From positions 7,279 to 71,278 of IMG/VR virus record IMGVR_UViG_3300032323_000630: DNA of 64,000 bases. One strand, written 5' to 3'. The notes under the pieces were generated by a model. The model did not search any database. It had not been told where the DNA came from and saw only the letters and a list, made by a program, of their open reading frames with translations. The position numbers and the translations under genes are program-made. Positions 57,686 through 64,000 of this stretch are shown piece after piece. Position 1 is the first letter of the stretch. Every line of letters begins with the position of its first letter. The stretch comes from a virus.

Positions 57686-59404
57686 ATGAGTTGGAAAAAA
57701 TATTTCACACCAGTGAGCGTTAACAATAGGGATACTGGATACAGTCCAATATCAGGAGGCGGTGGCCGACCAGGTCCTGCACGTTCTAATTATTCCAGCT
57801 ACCTGCCAGATGTATATGCAGGAGCTCCAAATAGAATTGAACGCTACATGCAGTATGATACTATGGATATGGACTCAGAAGTCAATGCTGCTCTAGATAT
57901 TCTAGCAGAATTCTGTACACAAAAAGACAAAGAAAATACCACTCCATTCCATACACACTATCGCGGGCAGGCAACATCAACAGAAGTCAAGTTGATCAAA
58001 GACGCACTGCAAAAATGGACTAAACAACAACAATTTGAAACTAGGATTTTCCGTATTGTACGAAATGCTTTCAAATACGGAGATTGCTTTTTTGTTAGAG
58101 ATCCACAGACTAAAAAATGGTTGTTCGTGGATGCTGCTAAAGTAACCAAAATTATTGTCAACGAATCAGAAGGCAAAGTTCCAGAACAGTATGTGATCAA
58201 AGATATCAATTTCAATTTTAAAGAAATGATCGCAGTAACTCCACATGGTACTACAAACACAGCACCAAGCGGCACAAGTTCCTATACCACAGGTGGCGGA
58301 TTTGGTCGTGGCATGGTGGGCGCAGCAGCACAAACACCTGGTACAAGATTTCAAAATGCCACTAACGAAGTTACCATAGATGCTAAAAACGTTGTGCATA
58401 TTTCACTGTCAGAAGGCTTAGACAACAACTATCCTTTTGGTAATTCATTACTAGAAAGTGTTTTCAAAGTATACAAACAAAAAGAATTGCTTGAAGATGC
58501 TATCATTATCTATCGTATACAACGTGCTCCAGAAAGACGCATTTTCTACGTTGACGTAGGTAACATGCCGGCACACATGGCCATGGCGTTTGTGGAAAGA
58601 GTTAAGAATGAAATACAACAACGTCGTATTCCGTCAGCCACAGGTGGTGGTGCTAATGTACTTGATGCATCATACAATCCTTTAAGTGTAAATGAAGATT
58701 ACTTCTTTCCGCAGACAGCAGAAGGTCGCGGTTCAAAAGTTGAAACACTGCCAGGTGGTACTAACCTAGGTGAAATCACAGACCTACGTTACTTTACCAA
58801 CAAACTATTCCGTGCATTAAGAATACCAAGTTCATACTTACCAACTTCAGTAGATGATGCTTCAAACACAGTAGCAGATGGTAAAGTAGGCACAGCTTAT
58901 ATTCAAGAACTGCGCTTCAACAAATACTGCGAACGCTTACAGTCTATGATCGTTGAAACATTTGATCTAGAATTTAAACTATGGCTGCAATCAGAAGGCA
59001 TCAACATTGACAGCGGAATATTTGAATTGAAATTCAATGCACCGCAGAATTTTGCTGCGTATCGTCAATCAGAACTAGACACAGCTCGTGCAGCTACGTT
59101 CGCACAGCTACAAGAAATTCCACACATGAGCAAACGCTTTGCTATGAAACGATTCCTAGGTATGTCACAGGAAGAGATCACAGAAAACGAAAGAATGTGG
59201 AGAGAAGAACAAGGTGCTAGACTTACACCAACAACAGATTCTGCTGCAGAAATGAGATCAGCAGGCATTACCCCAGGCGGCATGGCTGCAGATTTAGGGG
59301 CCCAAACAGCAGAAGCGCCGGAGGGCATGGCCGCTGCAGCCGAGGCAGGTGCCACAGGCGCAGAAGGTGACACAGCATCTGCAGAAGCACCAGCTCAAAT
59401 ATAA
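57686..59404 (+). CDS. gp20: Portal vertex protein
   Basis: EDAIIIYRIQRAPERRIFYVDVGNMP, EDYFFP..EGRGS.VETLPGG.NLGEI.D..YF..KLFRALRIP.S and ELRF.K. Confidence 0.95.
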   Translation: MSWKKYFTPVSVNNRDTGYSPISGGGGRPGPARSNYSSYLPDVYAGAPNRIERYMQYDTMDMDSEVNAALDILAEFCTQKDKENTTPFHTHYRGQATSTEVKLIKDALQKWTKQQQFETRIFRIVRNAFKYGDCFFVRDPQTKKWLFVDAAKVTKIIVNESEGKVPEQYVIKDINFNFKEMIAVTPHGTTNTAPSGTSSYTTGGGFGRGMVGAAAQTPGTRFQNATNEVTIDAKNVVHISLSEGLDNNYPFGNSLLESVFKVYKQKELLEDAIIIYRIQRAPERRIFYVDVGNMPAHMAMAFVERVKNEIQQRRIPSATGGGANVLDASYNPLSVNEDYFFPQTAEGRGSKVETLPGGTNLGEITDLRYFTNKLFRALRIPSSYLPTSVDDASNTVADGKVGTAYIQELRFNKYCERLQSMIVETFDLEFKLWLQSEGINIDSGIFELKFNAPQNFAAYRQSELDTARAATFAQLQEIPHMSKRFAMKRFLGMSQEEITENERMWREEQGARLTPTTDSAAEMRSAGITPGGMAADLGAQTAEAPEGMAAAAEAGATGAEGDTASAEAPAQI

Positions 59405-59407
59405 ATA
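59400..59407 (+). promoter_or_regulatory. Late promoter TATAAATA (exact T4 consensus)
   Basis: Overlaps the portal stop codon. ATG at 59412. Confidence 0.7.
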
Positions 59408-59411
59408 CATT

Positions 59412-59660
59412 ATGCTTCTAAGAGAATTCATTTATTTCAACGACAACACAAACGACTTTGCAGTTGATCGTCGCTACGACAACAGCAAAGATTCATCAGT
59501 GGTTAAAAAAGGTGATACTCGTAAAATACGCTTAACGCTACGTCAGATCAATCAATTGAGACTGCAGGCAGAAGCACACGAAGCAGAATCTCAATCTGAG
59601 CTGGGTTTTATACAACAAATGTACGGAACCCCAATTGAACCTACAGAAGCAGCAGCGTAA
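59412..59660 (+). CDS. Small head-cluster protein (82 aa)
   Basis: ATG 59412 gives MLLREF..DTRK.RLTL.QIN.LR..MYG. The track's earlier start overlaps the portal and is unlikely. Confidence 0.65.
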   Translation: MLLREFIYFNDNTNDFAVDRRYDNSKDSSVVKKGDTRKIRLTLRQINQLRLQAEAHEAESQSELGFIQQMYGTPIEPTEAAA

Positions 59661-60423
59661 AGCTGAAAAAGCCCTAGCCAAGGCGCTAAAAGCTCAAAGA
59701 AAAAATCCCGAAGAGGTAATACCGTTACCTAGAGTTCAGCCGCCACCCTTAAGCCTAGCACCCAAACCTAGAACAGATGTAGTTAAAAGACCTAAAAATT
59801 CCTCACCAGTGTCTTTTGTACTGGGCAATGGTAGAAGTAGACTGAATATAGACTGTGAACGATTAATGTCTATAGGCACAATGTATGGCTGCAACGCTCA
59901 GTATAGAGAGTTTGCACCACATTATCTCGTAGCTGTAGACGTTAAAATGGTCAATGAAATCATAGCTGCGGGCTACCATAAACAGCACGAAGTATGGACT
60001 AATCCTAACAAAGGTATAGTTACCAAAGACAGAATTAATTTTTTTAGTCCGCATAAAGGTTGGAGCTCAGGACCAACAGCACTGTGGTTCGCAGCCAGTC
60101 AAGGAGCCAGCGAAATATACATACTAGGTTTTGATTATCAAGGGTTAAACGGTAAATTCAACAATGTATATGCAGATACATTCAACTACAAAAAATCAAC
60201 AGATTCAGCAACTTATCACGGCAATTGGCTGAGTCAAACCGAAAAGGTAATCAAAGAATTTAGACATATTAAATTCTTTAGAGTAATAGAACCTGGAGCA
60301 TTTATTCCAGACAAGCTAGGTCCGACTCTAGCTAACCTAAGCCATATCAGTGTGGAAGACTTTGGAAAAAGATTTCCGGACACTATATATTCCGATCAAA
60401 ATGCTCAAAAAAGTACCATTTAA
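59635..60423 (+). CDS. Sialyltransferase/Maf (GT42/MptE-like) fold protein
   Basis: FVLGNGRSR, YGCNA, LVAVD, WSSGPTA and EIYILGFD motif series. Confidence 0.6.
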   Translation: MNLQKQQRKAEKALAKALKAQRKNPEEVIPLPRVQPPPLSLAPKPRTDVVKRPKNSSPVSFVLGNGRSRLNIDCERLMSIGTMYGCNAQYREFAPHYLVAVDVKMVNEIIAAGYHKQHEVWTNPNKGIVTKDRINFFSPHKGWSSGPTALWFAASQGASEIYILGFDYQGLNGKFNNVYADTFNYKKSTDSATYHGNWLSQTEKVIKEFRHIKFFRVIEPGAFIPDKLGPTLANLSHISVEDFGKRFPDTIYSDQNAQKSTI

Positions 60424-60444
60424 CGGAGTTTTTTAATCTACGTA

Positions 60445-60451
60445 GTAAATA
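60445..60451 (+). promoter_or_regulatory. Putative late promoter GTAAATA, flanked by the GTAGT/ACTAC inverted repeat
   Basis: Upstream of the AAGGAG RBS for 60492. Confidence 0.5.
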
Positions 60452-60491
60452 ACACTACAGCCTAATACCATAATCTTAAGGAGAACATAAC

Positions 60492-61343
60492 ATGGCAGAT
60501 AACAAATTACTAAGCCAAATGCTAGAGCATTTGGTAAATGAAGATTCAGCAAAAGCTGAAGAACTTTTCCACGAATACGTAGTAGCTAAATCACGCGAAA
60601 TCTACGAAAATCTAATCGAAACAGAAATTTCTGAAGAAGAAAAAGACGAAGACGACGAAGTTGACGAAGCTGCTAAAGATGAAGATGCAGAAGACGACAA
60701 AGTTGACGAAGCTTCAGACGAAGACAAAGACGATGAAAAAATGGACGAAGAGTTTGAAGACATCGCAATCGAAGCAGATGACGAAATGGGCGGAGACGCT
60801 ACAGACGACCTAGAAGCAGAACTTGGCGACGAGCCAGCAGATGCAGAAGGTGAAGCATCTGAAGAAGAAATTATGCAAGACCTAGGTGATATCATCGATG
60901 AGCTACAAGCTAAATTTGATGCACTACAAGGTGAGGAAGAAGAACAAGGTGAGTTTGGTGACGATGAAGGTGACATAGGCGGTGAAGAGCCAAAAATGGA
61001 CGCTTTTGAACCTGAACTCGAAACAGTACGCGAATACGTAGAAAAAGTTGCTACACCAAAAGGTGGAGACAATGGTGCTAACGCTAAATCAATCGTAGCC
61101 GGTAAGAACGATATGGGCGGTACAACTGCTAATATTGCTAAAGGTGGCGAATCTAAAGGCGAAGGCTCAAAAGGCGGATTGTTAAATCCAGCAGCTAAAG
61201 AAGATAACGCAGGTAATATCAATGTTCCAGGTGGCAAAGCAGGATCTGCTTTTAACAAAAAAGAACCAGGACATGGCGCTGAGAAAAAAGGCGCAGCTGA
61301 ATCAGCTGATAACAAGCAAAGTCTTTTCCGTGGCCGTAGATAA
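60492..61343 (+). CDS. Acidic prohead core protein
   Basis: Very Asp/Glu-rich. Lies between the portal and prohead protease genes, as gp67/gp68 do in T4. Confidence 0.65.
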   Translation: MADNKLLSQMLEHLVNEDSAKAEELFHEYVVAKSREIYENLIETEISEEEKDEDDEVDEAAKDEDAEDDKVDEASDEDKDDEKMDEEFEDIAIEADDEMGGDATDDLEAELGDEPADAEGEASEEEIMQDLGDIIDELQAKFDALQGEEEEQGEFGDDEGDIGGEEPKMDAFEPELETVREYVEKVATPKGGDNGANAKSIVAGKNDMGGTTANIAKGGESKGEGSKGGLLNPAAKEDNAGNINVPGGKAGSAFNKKEPGHGAEKKGAAESADNKQSLFRGRR

Positions 61344-61358
61344 TAGAGGATTAAACAG

Positions 61359-61991
61359 GTGAAAAGATTATCACTAGCAGAACATTTGAGTTATGACCAG
61401 GCTAAGATTGTCTTAGAGAGCGAAGAAGGTAGCGACGGTAAAAAGTCGCTACACTTAAACGGTATTTGCATTCAGGGCGACATTCGCAATGCAAACCAAC
61501 GTGTTTATTCTTCTCAAGAAATTGGCAAGGCTGTCAAAACGCTCAACGAGCAGATCGCTGGAGGTTACTCTGTGCTAGGAGAAGTCGATCACCCGGCAGA
61601 TTTACGCATCAACCTCGACCGTGTAAGTCACATGATTACAAAGATGTGGATGGACGGTCCTAACGGTTACGGAAAACTAAAACTACTGCCAACGCCAATG
61701 GGTCAATTAATTGAAACCATGCTGACGTCGGGAGTAAAATTAGGAGTTTCGAGTAGGGGTAGCGGTGAAGTAGATGGTGGCGGCAACGTTCAAGGTTTTG
61801 AAATTATCACTGTTGACGTAGTTGCACAACCCAGTGCCCCGGGAGCATATCCAACTCCAGTTTATGAACATTTAATGAATAACACAGGCGGCTATCAGGC
61901 ATTTAGGATAGCACAAGAAGTCCAAGGCAATCCACAGGCACAGCAATACATAGCAGAGAGCTTGAAAAGAATTATTTCAAGACTCAACTAA
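61359..61991 (+). CDS. gp21: Prohead core protease
   Basis: GICIQGD.RNAN.RVY, LGEVDHP, LDRVSH, TPMG, GVSSRG.G and DVVA.PSAPGA. Confidence 0.95.
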   Translation: MKRLSLAEHLSYDQAKIVLESEEGSDGKKSLHLNGICIQGDIRNANQRVYSSQEIGKAVKTLNEQIAGGYSVLGEVDHPADLRINLDRVSHMITKMWMDGPNGYGKLKLLPTPMGQLIETMLTSGVKLGVSSRGSGEVDGGGNVQGFEIITVDVVAQPSAPGAYPTPVYEHLMNNTGGYQAFRIAQEVQGNPQAQQYIAESLKRIISRLN

Positions 61992-62004
61992 CTAGGAGAA
62001 TCAC

Positions 62005-63099
62005 ATGCTAGACATCGTTAAGCAATTATTTGAAAACAATGTGATTTCCGAGGAAATTAAATCGGAGATTGAATCAAGCTGGCAAGGCAAAATTCAAGAA
62101 AACCGTGACCAAGTTACTGCTGAACTACGTGAAGAATTTGCACAAAAGTATGAACACGACAAAGACGCAATGGTAGAAGCTGTTGAAGCTATGCTATCGG
62201 ATCGTCTTCAAGCTGAACTAGGTGAACTTGCAGAAGATCGCCAAGGACTAATTGATGCTCGTGCAAAATACGCAGCTAAAATGACGCAAGATGCGCAAGC
62301 AATGGAGTCATTTGTTCTACAAAACCTTAAAAAAGAATTGTCAGAACTACACGAAGATCGCAAAGCAGTTGCAGGCAATGTTGCAAAATTAGAATCTTTT
62401 ATTGTGGATGCACTAGCGAAAGAAATCGCAGAATTCCATGCTGATAAAAAAGACCTAGCTGAAACTAAAGTTAAATTAGTTCGCGAAAGCAAAGCTAAGT
62501 TTGAAGCAATTAAGAAAGACTTTATTGCTAAGTCAGCAAAGATCATTGAAGAAACAGTCGCAAAAGGACTGAAATCTGAAATGTCTCAATTAAAAGAAGA
62601 TATTGATGCAGCTCGCAGAAATGACTTTGGTCGCAGAATTTTTGAAAGCTTCGCAAGCGAGTACGCTGCAAGTCATCTCAATGAAAAATCTGAGACAGCT
62701 AAACTTCTAAAGGTTGTTGATCAAAAAACTCAAGAACTAGAAGAAGCAGCAAAAATTGTTGCAGAAACACAAACACTAGTAACAAGCAAAGAAAAAGAAA
62801 TCGCAATCATCAAAGAATCAGCAAAACGCAGAGATGTAATGGGCGAGTTGTTAGGTCCTTTATCAGGTGACAAGAAATCTGTAATGGGCGAGTTATTAGA
62901 ATCAGTTCAAACTGATAAATTATACAGTGCTTTTGACAAGTATCTACCAGCAGTAATGAACGGTGGAACACCTTCTAAGAAAGCATTAACAGAGGCTAAA
63001 GAAATAACAGGCGACAAACAACAGGCACAAACTTTCAGTAGTGAAGAAAAAACTGCTGAAATATTTGACATCCGCAGGCTTGCGGGACTAAAAGTTTAA
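62005..63099 (+). CDS. gp22: Prohead scaffold protein
   Basis: Coiled-coil acidic protein between gp21 and gp23. GRRIFESF and C-terminal RRLAGL. Confidence 0.8.
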   Translation: MLDIVKQLFENNVISEEIKSEIESSWQGKIQENRDQVTAELREEFAQKYEHDKDAMVEAVEAMLSDRLQAELGELAEDRQGLIDARAKYAAKMTQDAQAMESFVLQNLKKELSELHEDRKAVAGNVAKLESFIVDALAKEIAEFHADKKDLAETKVKLVRESKAKFEAIKKDFIAKSAKIIEETVAKGLKSEMSQLKEDIDAARRNDFGRRIFESFASEYAASHLNEKSETAKLLKVVDQKTQELEEAAKIVAETQTLVTSKEKEIAIIKESAKRRDVMGELLGPLSGDKKSVMGELLESVQTDKLYSAFDKYLPAVMNGGTPSKKALTEAKEITGDKQQAQTFSSEEKTAEIFDIRRLAGLKV

Positions 63100-63110
63100 G
63101 GAGAACTATA

Positions 63111-64000
63111 ATGTCACAATTACTCGAGTCACGCTGGTCGGAAACCAAAGACGCCCTTTTAGAAGGTCTTCAAGGTAACAAGCGCACAGTAATGGCAACA
63201 ACTCTTGAGAATACCCGCAAGTATTTGTCTGAGTCTGCCACAGCTGGTGCTACATCCGCTGGCAACGTAGCAACACTAAATCGTGTGATCCTTCCAGTGA
63301 TCAGACGTGTAATGCCAACCGTTATTGCTAACGAATTAGTTGGTGTACAACCAATGACTGGCCCAGTTGGTCAGATCCATACTCTACGTGTACGTTACAG
63401 CGATACATTCGCAGGTAGTGTAGGTGGAGCAACAACAGCTGGTGAAGAAGCGTTAAGCCCATTCAAGATTGCTGAAGGGTATTCTGGTACAACAGTTGGT
63501 AAACCAGCTTCAACAGCAGCATTAGAAGGCGTTGCTGGTAACAAGTTAAGCATTCAAATCTTGAAACAAACAGTTGAAGCTAAAACACGTAAGCTATCAG
63601 CTCGTTGGACATTCGAAGCAGCACAAGATGCACAAGCCCAACAAGGTATTGACATCGAAGCTGAGATCATGGCAGCTCTTGCACAAGAGATTACTGCTGA
63701 GATCGACCAAGAAGTTCTACGTAGCCTAGCTACATTGTCTTCAACAGTATTAACATACGACCAAGCTGCTGTTTCAGGTACAGCTACATTCGTTGGTGAC
63801 GAGCATGCTGCTTTAGCTGTTCAAATCAACCGTGCTGCTAACTTGATCGCTCAGCGTACACGTCGTGGTGCAGGTAATTGGGCTGTTGTTTCCCCAACTA
63901 CATTGACACTACTACAATCTGCTACTACAAGCGCATTTGCTCGTACAACAGAAGGTACATTCGAAGCTCCTACAAACACTAAGTTTGTTGGTACATTGAA
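63111..64000 (+). CDS. gp23: Major capsid protein (partial, runs off the window)
   Basis: Not in the ORF track. AAGGAG RBS, then MSQLLESRW..LPVIRRVMP.VIANELVGVQPMTGPVGQI..LR, KTRKLSARWTFEAAQD and EITAEIDQE. Confidence 0.95.
   Translation, partial: MSQLLESRWSETKDALLEGLQGNKRTVMATTLENTRKYLSESATAGATSAGNVATLNRVILPVIRRVMPTVIANELVGVQPMTGPVGQIHTLRVRYSDTFAGSVGGATTAGEEALSPFKIAEGYSGTTVGKPASTAALEGVAGNKLSIQILKQTVEAKTRKLSARWTFEAAQDAQAQQGIDIEAEIMAALAQEITAEIDQEVLRSLATLSSTVLTYDQAAVSGTATFVGDEHAALAVQINRAANLIAQRTRRGAGNWAVVSPTTLTLLQSATTSAFARTTEGTFEAPTNTKFVGTL

Noticed and set aside
60602-61315. 237-aa antisense ORF (also 45712-46278, 38155-38673, 17035-17934 and similar)
   Set aside because: These are shadow frames of real genes caused by codon bias, giving Ser/Pro/Val-rich translations.
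63071-63087. Hairpin TCCGCA-GGCT-TGCGGG at the end of gp22
   Set aside because: It lies in coding sequence with no U-tract. It could stabilise the gp23 mRNA, but there is too little support.
1-64000. Stop-codon reassignment, as in some jumbo phages
   Set aside because: ORFs are long and dense in code 11, and TAG (14882, 40735, 44789) and TGA both end genes at sensible boundaries.

Overview
This is a 64-kb segment of a large T4-like (myovirus, jumbo-type) phage genome that uses the standard genetic code. From left to right it holds: (1) a minus-strand virion/glycan-modification operon (SGNH-like protein, epimerase, radical SAM, flavin halogenase, four glycosyltransferase-like genes); (2) an array of paralogous tail-fibre genes with an embedded 2OG-Fe(II) oxygenase; (3) a 4620-aa baseplate protein and gp6/gp25/gp5/hub/gp53/tube-initiator homologues; (4) divergent gp55-gp47-gp46, an Hc1-like gene and a GIY-YIG nuclease, followed by about 470 nt of densely structured non-coding sequence; (5) putative internal head proteins, a tail-assembly chaperone, tape measure, portal, a sialyltransferase-like gene, core/protease/scaffold and the start of the major capsid gene. 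The two best leads are the GIY-YIG gene with its candidate structured RNA (50186-51090) and an apparent programmed -1 frameshift (T TTT TTC plus a hairpin) that fuses the chaperone to the next ORF (53895-54988). A late promoter inside an RBS-sequestering hairpin and several apparently leaderless genes are also notable. I saw no tRNA, rRNA, CRISPR array or reverse transcriptase. All product calls rest on motif recognition and synteny by eye, with no database searches.
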